The notes beneath the pieces were generated by a model. That model made no database searches, was not told where the DNA came from, and saw nothing but the letters and a program-made list of their open reading frames with translations. Shown piece by piece: positions 39,070 through 51,670 of a stretch of 64,000 nt of DNA (positions are counted from its first letter, which is position 1; each line of letters starts with the position of its first letter). The position numbers and the translations under genes are program-made. This DNA is from Carcharhinus longimanus (taxonomy: Eukaryota). Location of the stretch: assembly GCA_030264375.1 (NCBI GenBank), contig JASCQW010000132.1:84266827-84330826 (forward strand). The letters are read 5' to 3'.

Positions 39070-39276
39070 CAGTAATAAGTCTCACAACATCAAGTTAAAG
39101 TCCAACAGGTTTATTTGGAATCACGAACCTTTGGAGCACTGCTCTTTCATCAGGTGAGTGGAGAGGTATTTGTCAACCTACCTCTCCATTCCCTGAAGAA
39201 GAAGCAGCACTCCAAAGGTTCGTGATTCCAAATAAACCTGTTGGGCTTTAACCTGGTGTTATGAGACATCTTACTG
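39070..39276. mobile_element. Penelope-type inverted terminal-repeat pair forming a ~100-bp hairpin
   Basis: Arm 39070-39168 is the reverse complement of arm 39179-39276 (e.g. CCAACAGGTTTATTTGGAATCACGAACCTTTGGAG vs CTCCAAAGGTTCGTGATTCCAAATAAACCTGTTGG); 10-nt loop. Confidence 0.85.
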
Positions 39277-39699
39277 AGAGGGAGAGAGATGTGTGTGTGG
39301 GAGATGTGTGCATGTCTGATATGAGAATCCAGCTCTCCAGCAACACACTTACTATTAAACAAATATGTGAGCAAAAGGAAAAGCATCACTGCTCCCATTA
39401 AAACTAACAAAAGGTATGGCTTAAGTATTCGTCGAATAAGAGAACTTTGTAATCATAATAAATGTATACATCAAAGAATTAGAAAATTTGTTTATAAATT
39501 TGTTTTTGTATGTTTGTACCAAACAATTTTTTAGTGGTTTAGCTCTTCAACATAAGAAGGTTTCTCAGGGATTCGGTCAGTACTTTTGGGAAGTCAAAAT
39601 AGTTCTGTGGCTAGAAAAGTTTAGGAAATCCTGCATCAGATCAAAGACTGATGGAGCTACAGAGTGCTGTGCACTGATCCAAACAGACTGTACACAAGT

Positions 39700-40900
39700 G
39701 ATATCTACAACCAATAAGAATGACCATCTGGTATCACTTCAGAAATGTACACATGAGGTGACTGAAAAACCAGAAAACCATGATGATGTGCACAACAAGG
39801 CAAAGAGCAGAGACTACACGTTTCATACTGTTAATCTTGTGTAACACATAGATGCCATCACACTACCAGAAGTGTTTGCAAAGATTAAAATCATATGTCC
39901 TACTAAAGTTGGTAACAGTTCATTATTGGTCAAGACGGACACAGGGGCAAGTGCCAACATACTACCTCTGTACAGGGCAGCATGGTGGCACAGTGGTTAG
40001 CACTGGTGCCTCACAGCGCCAGGGATCCGGATCGGATTCCCAGCTTAGGTCACTATCTATGTGGAGTCTGCACATTCTCCCCATCTCTGCATGGGTTTCT
40101 TCCAGGTACTCTGGTTTCCTCCCACAGTCTGAAAGATGTGCTGGTTAGGTGCATTGACCTGAACAGGCGCCAGAGTTTGGTGACCAGGGAATTTCACAGT
40201 AACTTCATTGCAGTGTTAATGTAAGCTTTACTTGTGACTAATAAATAAACTTCACTTTTAAATCCTATAACACAAGTACCCACAGACACAAAAGGCCATG
40301 GTGAAACCTACTACTGTGAAACTTTCAGCATTCAATGATTCACTAATTCCATGGGCAAAATCCATGGTGCTGGAGTAAAAGTACAAATAATCTTCGTGGG
40401 TGTCACAAATATTCTGCACCATGGAAAACAAAGTCAGATATCACAAGGCAGGCAGGTCATCATACCTTTTGTGACCTGATATTCTTCAACAACTTCATTG
40501 CCACTCGTCAACATAACTTGGAAGGAAAGGCTCACAAAAGAGACAGTCTATTGGCTGGGTATGATTAGTGACATTGAAGTCATCATCAGGAAATGTGACA
40601 CATGTCAAGAGAATATGACAAATTAGAATCGATGTAGACCATTATTCCACACATGACTGCCACCCATCCTTGGGATAAAAGCACTTCTGACCACTTTCAT
40701 GTCCACTGGCATGACTTCATCTTCATCTTTGATTCCTTTCTTAGTATCCCCATTATTTGACAATTGTGCACACTCTAAATTCTATTTTCAGTTTATTGGG
40801 CATATCTAGTGAGATCATTACAGATAATGGTCAGCAATCTGTTGGTAAGCTATTTCAGGATATGCATGAGAAGTAGAATACCAACCAGCAGCCATGTCCA
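39700..40900 (+). mobile_element. Degenerate Gypsy element: protease and integrase remnants, no RT visible
   Basis: LLVKTDTGASANILPL (DTGA at 39938-39949), KPTTVKLSAFN, KETVYWLGMISDIEVIIRKCDTCQEN (~40537-40614), HPWDK, GISSEIITDNG (~40800-40831). Confidence 0.8.
39975..40260 (+). mobile_element. V-SINE with alternative tail inserted into the Gypsy protease
   Basis: GGGCAGCATGGTGGCACAGTGGTTAGCAC..TTTCACAGTAACTTCATTGCAGTGTTAATGTAAGC..GACTAATAAATAAAC. Confidence 0.9.
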
Positions 40901-41136
40901 AGAATAAGACTCACTGTGAGAAAATAAAGTGATGTCCAGGCAAGAGTACCATCATAAGTCTACACGTATAAGCAGAATGCCTTTACACTCTGAAGACGCA
41001 TTGATACATCAGTTCAATGCAAATATTTATTAGCAAGTTAACATGAATATATATTATAAATAATTATATTTCTTTTGAAGGGTTGGGTATCTTTAAAAAG
41101 GGAAACTTTGCAGTATGCCTCTAACTGTGTGACTAT

Positions 41137-42242
41137 GGGCCCAATTTTACCATTTTGATTCATAGTGCCGAATCTGGGCGTAGTACAAATCCGATTCAGA
41201 AATCCGCTTTCAGGCACCCCCATACGCTCTCAGCCATCTCCAGTCCGATTTGTGTTGTGGGCTGGGCTTAAAGCTNNNNNNNNNNNNNNNNNNNNNNNNN
41301 NNNNNNNNNNNNNNNNNNNNNNNNNNNNNNNNNNNNNNNNNNNNNNNNNNNNNNNNNNNNNNNNNNNNNNNNNNNNNNNNNNNNNNNNNNNNNNNNNNNN
41401 NNNNNNNNNNNNNNNNNNNNNNNNNNNNNNNNNNNNNNNNNNNNNNNNNNNNNNNNNNNNNNNNNNNNNNNNNNNNNNNNNNNNNNNNNNNNNNNNNNNN
41501 NNNNNNNNNNNNNNNNNNNNNNNNNNNNNNNNNNNNNNNNNNNNNNNNNNNNNNNNNNNNNNNNNNNNNNNNNNNNNNNNNNNNNNNNNNNNNNNNNNNN
41601 NNNNNNNNNNNNNNNNNNNNNNNNNNNNNNNNNNNNNNNNNNNNNNNNNNNNNNNNNNNNNNNNNNNNNNNNNNNNNNNNNNNNNNNNNNNNNNNNNNNN
41701 NNNNNNNNNNNNNNNNNNNNNNNNNNNNNNNNNNNNNNNNNNNNNNNNNNNNNNNNNNNNNNNNNNNNNNNNNNNNNNNNNNNNNNNNNNNNNNNNNNNN
41801 NNNNNNNNNNNNNNNNNNNNNNNNNNNNNNNNNNNNNNNNNNNNNNNNNNNNNNNNNNNNNNNNNNNNNNNNNNNNNNNNNNNNNNNNNNNNNNNNNNNN
41901 NNNNNNNNNNNNNNNNNNNNNNNNNNNGGTGCTCTTCAGAGGCCGGAGCACCCAACTCAGACTTCTATTTAGCAGGTCCGTAACGGTGCAGTCCCGGATC
42001 AGCGAATACGGCGGTAGAGGGGGAAATGCTGATAGAGTTGGGCAGGCAGTTCATTAATTCAATTTAAATGCATTCAAATCGTTGCGCCTGATTTGGGCAC
42101 AGAACGGATCCGTGGCATTCGTGGTCTCAGTAAAGTCGCAATCTGCTTGGACGCAGGTGCAGATCGCGATAAAGGCCTCACACCCAATTTTACCACAATT
42201 TCGTGCCCAAAACAGGCGCAAATTGTTGATAAAGTCGAGCCC
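41137..42242. mobile_element. Non-autonomous PIF/Harbinger-type DNA transposon with 3-bp TSD (TAT); gapped interior
   Basis: TAT-GGGCCCAATTTTACCA...TGATAAAGTCGAGCCC-TAT; both ends match 54736-56602 in reverse orientation. Confidence 0.8.
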
Positions 42243-42646
42243 TATATCTCTGTATACATCACTAGGAGGGAAATAATATATGTACTGTGTATTCCAGTTT
42301 TAGTTTCACTTAAAGCAGCAGAGCAAACACAGCCCTCATGCTCCAATGTTTAAAACAATGGAAGACAGTTCTTGTGCGCCCACTCTTAATATATTACCCC
42401 ACAATGTGTTTAACCAATCTTTTCTGAGTGATTGCTGCTTTGTGTCTTATACAACAAATGAGCTCATGGGAGGTGTCATGACTGTGCATTTCACTCACTT
42501 TTTCATTTTTCTTAAAATATTCTTGACTCATATTCACCATTTAAGCAGTGGTGAACTTGTCAGCTGCAAGTTTGCTCAATTGAACTTGTGAGTCTCAATG
42601 GGAGTCTGGTGAGACACAGTTACCAAGAGTTAGGGCAAAATGGAAA

Positions 42647-42729
42647 AACCTGCTTAGATAAGGACTGCCAACTGGAATTTAATACTAACCTGCTTAGATA
42701 AGGACTGCCAACTGGAATTTAATACTAAC
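42647..42729. repeat. Perfect 40-bp tandem duplication
   Basis: AACCTGCTTAGATAAGGACTGCCAACTGGAATTTAATACT twice, plus AAC. Confidence 0.95.
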
Positions 42730-43280
42730 AGTAGTTCCTCCCTTTTATATAGTGGCTTTAATGTCAGAAGATTCCTAATGTTTGTCACAGGAGAGTTTGC
42801 AAACAAAATTTGGGAGATATGAGGACAGGTGCTTGATAGATTATAAGGATCACTTTTAAAGGAGGAGATTGAGGTGGGGAAGTCGATAGGTTGAGAGAGA
42901 ATTGCAGAATTTATGGTCCAGCCAGCTGAAAACACTTCTGCAGTAAACCACCATGGGATGCAACGAGATCTCAGAGGATTGTCAGACTGTTGAAGCTCAT
43001 GGTGGTAGGAAAGAGCAAGATCATGGAGGTATCTGAAAACAATCATGCCTATTTTAAAATTGGATGTGCAACAACCAGAACCAATATACACTAGTGAGTA
43101 CAGGGATGGTGAATGGATAGGATTTGACGCAAATAAGGATATGCCAGCTCAGTTTTGGATAATCTCAAGTTTATGGAGGGTAAAAGATGGGAGGCCAGAG
43201 AAAGGAGTGCCGGAATGCTCACATTTCGAAGTGACAAAGGCATGGATGAAGATGCCAACAGCAGATGTGGTGACACGGTG
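42730..43280 (-). mobile_element. L2-type LINE 3' fragment
   Basis: Minus-strand FKIGMIVFRYLHDLALSY..NPLRS resembles the L2 ORF2 C-terminal motif FKILLLVFKALHGLAPSYL..P.RSLRS. Confidence 0.65.
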
Positions 43281-43482
43281 AAGTTTCATGATACCATGAA
43301 CTTCACACTGAATTAATTATTCTAACTTCTTATGCCTTAGTGAGAATTCTTCAATCTGCAATGAACAGAAGCACTGACTGAAAGATCTGAGAGGTACCTT
43401 AGGCTGGCAGCAAGCAATGAAAAATCATACTGCGTGTCTCAGATGTTTGTGCTAATCTTTACAGTGCAAAGGGAGGAAGCTA

Positions 43483-46400
43483 TTCAGCGCATTAAGTCTG
43501 CACTGGCTCTTGAAAAGAGCATTCTATCTTGTCCCCTACCCTGTCTTATCCCTATTATCCTTGCGTACTTTTTTTTCTTTTCAGAAGTCAATCCAATTAC
43601 CTTTTGAATACCTCCTGCACTCCCTCTCAAAAAGTTAACTCCAGACTCCAACCACCCTTGGTTTAAAAAAAAGTTCCTTGTATCACTTTTAAACCTATTG
43701 TCAATTATTGTGAATCTGTGCTCTCTGGCTCTTGATGCTGTGAGGTTTCTCATAATTTACCTTGTTCATAGCCCCCAGGATCTTGAATATCTCTATCAAG
43801 TCTCCTCTAAGTCTTCTTCAAGGAAAGCAGTCCCAATCTTGCCAATCTATGCTCACAGCTCCAGTTCATCTTTATCCCTGGGATTTTGTGAATCTTCTCT
43901 GAATCCTCTCCAATGCCCTCACATCCTTTCTCGAGTTTGGCCTCCAGAACTGGACATAATTCTACAGATGAGACCTAACTAGTGTATCATACAAATTCAA
44001 TATTATATCATATCATCTACATATTTTGAAATCATGCCATGAACACTACAGTTCAACGTATTAATGTGCATCAGGATGAGCAAGGTCCTAATACTGACCC
44101 TTGGGGAACACTAGTACAAACTTTGTTACAATCTGAAAAATAACCATTTATCACAACTCTCTGTATCCTGTCAGTAAGCCAATTTCTTACCAAGTGCTTA
44201 CTTTCCCTTTTATCCCATGACCTAAAATTTTGCTCACAAGCCTATTGTGTGGCACTGTATCAAAAACCTTTTCAAAATCCATATATACCACATCAACAGT
44301 ATTGCCCTTATCAATCTTCTCTGTTACCTTCTCAAAAAAACTCCAGCAAGTTAGTTAAACATGATGTTTCCTTAATGAATCCTTACTGGCTTTCCTTAAT
44401 TCTCCTGAACTTGTTGAAGTAACTATTGATTGTGGCCTCAACATGTAGGCTAGAACTGACTGCTCCCATTCACACTGGGTGTGTTTGGAGGCACAACTGG
44501 AAAATATTGAGAGAAGGCCTAGACACATTTCCCAGTGGTGGAAAAGCAGGACACAATTGTCTCTTCCTCCCAGCAATGGTGAGTTATGTATTCCAACATC
44601 TAATGTGAGGAACATAGTTAAAATGAATTGGCATCTCATTATAATAGCCATACGATGAAATCATTTCCTCTATATCAAATTTAAACCTCATGGTAGCGTA
44701 CTTTCAGAACAGTGTATTCACAACTGTCATTATAAGATATGTACTGGTGGCCTAAGTTTTGAGGGAAACTCTGAGTTGGGTGCACAGAACTTAGTGCAGC
44801 ATTCATGAGGATCCCAATGCAAGGAAGTGGCTCTGCAGATCCAGGGTGGTGAGGGGGCTTAGAGGTAAGTCTCCACAGCAGTTTCTTCATGACTGGTTTG
44901 TAGTATCAGGGCAAGGGCAGATGTAGGGTTGGGGAGGCACTGGGACATGCAATTGACAAAGCATTTCAAGATTGAGCATTCAGCAGCTGACACAATTTAA
45001 AATGAGCATATTGCCATTCTTGGAATCTGCTTCTGAAGCAATTATGCTCATATGAGGAACATTAATTCCTGACAATTGCTCCTGCTGTGTTAACCCCTCA
45101 CATGCAGACTTCAAAATCCATCCAATATTATGGGGCTCTGCAGAACAAATGGGTGGCTGGACAAGTTTGAGAATCCTGTGGCTCAGGTGGGCATGGATCA
45201 GTCACTGAGGGTGACGCTCCAAACACCCGCTGTTAAAGTTATACACTCATGGGACATTAACCCCCATGGTCCAAGCAAACCACTCATTCTGGGTGTGCAA
45301 GTTATGCCAATGCCTGCACTTGAGCAAAGGATGCTATTGAGTGGCAGAAGCTGCTACTATTCTGACCTGTGATGTGACTTTTTTTGTCAGGTATCAAACA
45401 AATTGAAGAATGGGCATCCATTTCGTGGCCAGGACTCTCTGGGAGATTCCCCATTCCTTGAAGAGTGCTAGCAGTGTGCATGGGTGCCCTTCAAATATAC
45501 TGTCTGGATTATTGAAGCTCTAACATCATTGCAGAGTGTGCAAATCAGAGACTGCCCTGCCAGTGATCAGATGTTAAACCCATGCTGGTCATTTTTTGTA
45601 CTAAGTGTTGCACAATATTGCAGAAAAACCTGCCGCTGGCATCAACAGATCCAATGCCCCTTTTCACCTCTAAACATCAGGCATTGCCGATTTCTGGGAC
45701 AATTCCGCCCATAGTTTCCAGAAGTTTGCCTACCACTGAAGTCAAACTGATTGGTTGTAGCTGTAGCCACATTTATCCTCACATTTATTTGAGCAAGGAT
45801 TTAGCATTAGCAATTGTCCTGTCCTCTGATACCACCCCTGTGTCTAAGGAAGATTGGAAGATTATCAATTGTGCTTCTGCAATTTCCAATCTCACTTCCC
45901 TCAGTATTCTGAATGCATCCCATCTGGTCCTGGTACTTATCCATTTTAGGTAAATTTAGTCTTTCTAACACCTCCTCCTTCTCATTGGTAAATTCTTCAA
46001 GTGTGCAGTTACCTTCCCTCTCACTTCAATCTGAGTAGCATCTTCTTCTTTTGTAAAGGCAGATACAAAGTACTCATTTACTACCTTTGCTATTTCTCCT
46101 GTCTCCATGCGCAAGTCACTTTTACATCCTAATCAGCCCTACTCTCTCTTTTACCATTCTTATTATTTATATACTTATAGAACACTTCGAGATTCCCTTT
46201 TATGTTAAATGCCAATTTTTTTCATGCTCTCGCTTTGTTTTTCTTGTTAGTTTTTTTTAACTTTCCCTCTGGTCCTTCTTTATTCAGCCTGATTCTCCAT
46301 GAGTTTTCTGCTGAAGTCTGTGATACATGACTTCTTCCCCTTCATCTTCATCTCTCTCTCTCTCTCTCATCATCCAGGGAGCTCTGGATGTATTTGTCCT

Positions 46401-47330
46401 AATCTTTCCCCTTCAGGAGAATATAATTGGTCATTGCCTACAATACATTTTCTTTGATGGTGGCCATTGTTCAGCCAATCATGCCAACGTTTGATTCCAA
46501 TTCACTCATCTTGGGTACATTCTCATCCCATCAAAGTTGGCTTCCTCCCAATTAATTATCCGTGCTCTGGATTGTTCCTCGTCCTTTTCCTTGGCCAACA
46601 TTATGATACAATAGTCACTGTGCCATAAATGTTCTTTCACTAATATTTGGGGCAGAATTTTCTCAAAAAAATTCTAAGAGTTGAAAGAGCGAGAGTATGC
46701 TGGGTTTTCTCTCCTTTTTTTCAGCAAGATTAGTAACATGAATTTTCAGCACTATGATGACTGTCCCCACCAATCAGCACCCCCCACAAAGACTGCCCCT
46801 TCCCTCTCTGCCTATGGAGCTGCGCTCCCACCCTGCTTCGTCCCCCAGTCAGACTCCACCCCTGCTCAGGCTCCACTTCCTTAGACGCCACTCCCCCAGC
46901 CCTCTTGGCACTGCCGGCATGGCGAGCCGGTAAGATCGCATCCTTGATCTTCTTGGGCCAACTCATTCCCCAGAACTAGGTCCAACAGTGCACGCCCTTT
47001 TTGAACCAGAAATATACAGTTGCAGAAAGTTATCTTGAACATATTCTACGGACTCTCATCCTTCTTGTCCCTTTGCGCTATTCCTATCCTAATCTATATT
47101 TGGATAATTGAATTTCCCCATTATAATTACTCCATAGTTCTTGCACCACTCTGTAGTTTTTGCAAATTTGATTCTCTACACCCTTCTACTATTTACTGGT
47201 CTAAAGATTACAGCGATGAATGTTATTGTATCTGTTTTATTGCTTCTCTCCAGCCAGGGTGATCCTATCGTTGAACCTTCCAGAACATCCTAGCCCTGAA
47301 CTACTGTAAAGCTATCTTTAATCAATGCTA
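43483..47330 (-). mobile_element. Long degenerate CR1 LINE, interrupted by other insertions (~44470-45660, ~46650-46970)
   Basis: Minus-strand RT peptides SCLTNLLEF, EKVTEKIDKGNTVDVVYMDFEKVFDTVPHNRL (~44230-44370) and PISLTSVVGKLLE (~45715-45755); 3' UTR near 43490. Confidence 0.75.
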
Positions 47331-48730
47331 CCACTTCCCACCCTCCCCATAAAGACTCAGCTACTAAGCCATTGGGAAGAAAATAAGACTCAACTGCAAT
47401 GTGCAGCATTGGCAAAATTTCCATCTTAGTACCAAAAGCAACAGAAAAAATATAAATAGCACCCATGCATTATGGGCCAGAATTTGACATTGCTTAGGCA
47501 GGCATGCATCCGATCTAGAAAAATGTGAAGTGATGTGAGAAGATTGAGGGCATGTGTCCCAACATCATTGCGTACTTGAGCAACATTTCAGATGGCTGGC
47601 GCACACCAGAGTTAGTAGAAAGCTCATCAACAATCAAGCAGGCAATTTAACCCATTAAGGCACCAATTGAACACAATTTTACATGGCCCTTCAGCTTTTA
47701 TGGTCAGAGGATGGGCCATTTGGCCTGGCAGTCTTTATGTTTTAGCTTCAACTTCAATCCAGGGTGGGATGAAATGTCAGGGGTGAAAAAAGGTAGAAAG
47801 GTACCTGGGGACTGACGTGTTTGAATGTGCTGTCAAGACACACTTTGCATAGATTTCCCATTGCCATTTATCATAATAGCATCACACTGGCAAAGAAACA
47901 ACAACTACTCATGATGACCATGTCAGGGGTGGAGGTGCCTGAAGACCCTATTGGTTAAAGACCAAAGGTGGACATTGCCCCTGGCACTCTGGCAGCAGCA
48001 ATACCAAGTGGGCACTGCTGGGGGGCTAACCCTACTCCATTGGCAGGGAGTTCCTCTTATGTGTGATGGATGGTGATAGGGGAGAGAGAGGCGTAGTGCA
48101 CTGCTGAGAGCAGGAGGTGGGGGGCTGGAGTAGGGCTGGAGAAGAGGGGAGTGCCCCAATGACAGCGTGGTGCTGGGGTAGATGGCAGGGGAGAGGGGTG
48201 AAGAGTTGCCCTTCATACTTCCTGATGGGGAGGTTGTCACCCCCAAAGCTTGTGGGTGCCCCCACGGACCACAGGGGTTTTGGGGGAACATATTCTAAAC
48301 ACAGACCAGGGCACTTTTTAAAGATGGCGTCCTGATCTCTTCAGGTCCCGCCCTGCTAGAATGATCTCATAAACCAGGTCCCCAGATTTTCTGGTCATTA
48401 GGTGTTTGCAGGTCTGGTCTGAAAACTCTGCTGTGTTTCTGGAGAGATAGACCCCAGTTTTCTGTCAAATCCTGACATTTTGTCATTTATGGGAAAATTC
48501 CACCTCTTAACTCTATTTCTCTCTCCACAGATGCTGCCTGACCTGCTGAGTTAATCCAGCATTTTCAGATTTCCAGCATTTTCCTTTCAATTTCTTGTTT
48601 TTTAAAGGAGTGTTTGATTCAATACAGTGGAAACTGTGGCCCCACTGTTATTTGTATTTCAGTTTTTGGCAGATGAGTTGTGGTGCGAGTTAAAAATTCA
48701 GATCACTACTCCATATATGAGATTCAGGGT

Positions 48731-49071
48731 ACATGGGACATGGGCGTCGCTGGCTGGCCAGCATTTATCAATCCTTAGTTGCTCTTGAAGAGTAGTTGAG
48801 AGTCAACCACATTGCTGCAACTCTTGAGTCACATGTTGGCCAGGTAAAGATGGCAGATTTCCCACCATAAAGGACATTAGTGAACCTGATGGGTTTCCCC
48901 CACAATCAACAATCATTTCATGGTTGTCAGTAGATTCTTAATTCCAGATATTTTTTATTGAATTCAAATTCTACCATCTGCTGTGGCAGGATTCAAACCC
49001 AGCTCCCCAGAACATTAGCCTAGTTTCTGGGTTAATAGTCTTGTGATAATATCACTCGGCCATCACCTCCC
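48731..49071 (-). mobile_element. tRNA-derived SINE, same family as 16388-16741
   Basis: CATGGGACATGGGCGTCGCTGGCTGGCCAGCATTTAT..GAGAGTCAACCACATTGCTG..CCCCAGAACATTAGC. Confidence 0.8.
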
Positions 49072-49580
49072 TAACTCAATTTCAATTTGATTGTTCTTTC
49101 TATCACTGAATTCCCACCTGTGGCAGAACAGCCCATCTGCGTAATGTATTTTGAAGATCTGCTTTGCTGACTTCCCTCATCAGCCAAGCAGCCAATTCCT
49201 AAATGGAGGACAGCACTTATGAAATCTTCTGTCCTCTTTCATGGCTGGGATTTTCCAGTGCTGCTGAGAGTGAAAGGAGTTTTGTCTGGAACGTCAAATT
49301 TTCCATTCTCATTTGCAATGGGGTCCTGACAAGGACGAGACCAGAGAATCCCACCCTGTGGCCAACAAGGCAAAGCAAACAGCAAGAACTGGAATTCTTA
49401 AACTTCAAGGGAAATATGAGTTCAGCCTCTCAAAAATACAACAGAATTCTAAAAGAGACACACTCTATTGGCAGGGATATCTAACATTGAAGATTCTTCA
49501 CCTAGGAAAAGCCAAATGGTCAACAGGGCAATTAAGCTGCATGAGAGATAATGGACTAATTTGTAATAAACCACTCAAGG

Positions 49581-49955
49581 AACATAACATAAGAACATAA
49601 GAAATAGGAGCAGGAGTGGGCCATCTAGCCCTTCCAGCCTGCCCCGCCATTCAATAAGATCATGGCTGATCTGAAGTGGATCAGTTCCACTTTCCNNNNN
49701 NNNNNNNNNNNNNNNNNNNNNNNNNNNNNNNNNNNNNNNNNNNNNNNNNNNNNNNNNNNNNNNNNNNNNNNNNNNNNNNNNNNNNNNNNNNNNNNCCCTC
49801 TGTCTACCGCACTAGTCACATCCTCATAGAATTCCAATAAATTTGTCAGACACGACTTCCCCTTAACGAATCTGTGCTGCGTCTGCTCTATCAAACAATT
49901 CTTATCAAGGTGCCTCGCTATTTCTTCTTTGATGACGGATTCGAGCATTTTTCCA
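49581..49955 (-). mobile_element. Young CR1 LINE (tail and RT piece joined by a gap)
   Basis: AACATAAGAACATAAGAAATAGGAGCAGGAG tail; minus-strand MLESVIKEEIARHL..KGKSCLTNLLEFYEDVT. Confidence 0.88.
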
Positions 49956-51395
49956 AGGAATAAGGACTTAAAATATATAAACTCATTGAGTCTTAGGGAG
50001 AGGGAAATCTCATGGACAAACTTTCAAATGGAGAGTGGAGAATTTCCAATAGCCCATTTTGAGGCAGATTACAACATCCCAGGGTAACAAAGATGGACTG
50101 AAAGTTGTACAATTTAAGAAATAATTCAAACCATAATTATTGAAAAGATCATCAAAATGATTCCACTTGAACTGTTAATATCCATGTGTCCAGAGAAAGT
50201 GTAGTAATGGACAGAGGCATTTCAAAATCTAATTTAACATCCAAATAAGGGTATTGTCTCCCTTTCCTGGAAGAAGTGGAAGAAGAGAATGCATAACAAT
50301 AGGAAGTCTTGGGTTGAATGTAAAGCTGTCAGAGCTCAGAATCCCTTTTCTGTGGCAAGGAAGAAATAATTGCTTCAAGATCTTAACCAGTGCAGTACCA
50401 GAAAAATGTTCAGAAGATGAAAGAATTAAACCCTCCTGAAATCCTAGGATACTGGAGCCACAGGAATGTGCATTAAACAAACTAATCTCCATTGATATGG
50501 ATTGACCTCAAATCAACTGGGGAAGAGTGGCAATGTGTAAAGATTTTGAAGAAAATATTATAAAGAGATTAAAATGACAGAGGTCTATTTTGCTAGGAAA
50601 CACAATGCAATACAAACCAACAGACATTTACAAGTGTGGAGAGTTCAACCTTGCCAGGGAGAACAAAGAAGTGATGAGAGGAAGTCTGGAAAAGAGGTTG
50701 GATTCATGAATCTTTGGAGAAGAAAATGATGTCAAATTGATTTAGTTACGACAACTGAAATAAATAATAGATTTGCAATGGAGCACAGGCAACAGAGCAT
50801 CATAGATGCAAAGAAATTTACAGCATTGTGTATTAAAAGTTAATTTTTCAATAAAGCATTTGAAACTGGTGGAATACAAAACATAGAAATAATGGGCATC
50901 TTGCCAGAAAGAGATCTTTAGATTCAATGACCTGGGTTCACATTCTTGGGATGGATAGAGGGAGTTGGGAAAATTCCCAGCCCAACTGCCCCAGTAGGAA
51001 GTGCCAGGGTGGCGAGTCTGTTTTGCATTTCACTCAGTCAATTTGGGAATTTGATTGGAGGCAGCCACAGGGGCTGTCAGGAGTCAAATTGGGCTGTTTA
51101 AAAAGCTCAGCTCAGTGCAATCCCAATTATAATGAAAAACATAACAGCCTTCAGCCCTTACCTCGCACCTTACACGCCATCTCATGCCTCCCCCCCAACT
51201 ATGAGCCGTTTTGCCTCCATAAAAAGTCACCAACTAGTTGTTATAATAAACCCAAATAGTGACAGCAGGACACGTAGAAAAATTATCCAAAAAGAAACAC
51301 CATTCATTGGTAACTTTCCACTTACTTTTAAAATAGAAGTGCTAAACCTCAGAATGCATTCTTGACTGAGAGCTCAGGAATCCATTCAACTGTTA

Positions 51396-51670
51396 GGGTG
51401 GCACGGTAGCACAATGGTTAGCATTGCTGCCTCACAGCCCCAGGAACTTGAGTTTGATTGCCGGCTTGGGTCACTGTCTGTGGGGAGTTTGCACCTTCTC
51501 CTGAATCTGCATGGGTTTGCTCCGGTTTCCTCCCACACTCTGAAAAAGGTACTGGTTAGGTGCATTGACCTGAACAGGTGCTGGAGTGTGGCAACTAGGG
51601 GAATTTTGCAGTAATTTCATTGCAGTGTTAATGTAAATCTTACTTGTGACTAATAAATAAACTTTACTTT
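51396..51670 (+). mobile_element. V-SINE with alternative tail
   Basis: GGGTGGCACGGTAGCACAATGGTTAGC..TTCATTGCAGTGTTAATGTAAATCTTACTTGTGACTAATAAATAAACTTT. Confidence 0.88.

Noticed and set aside
41165-41983. Long ORFs here and at 55155-56421
   Set aside because: Artefacts of N runs.
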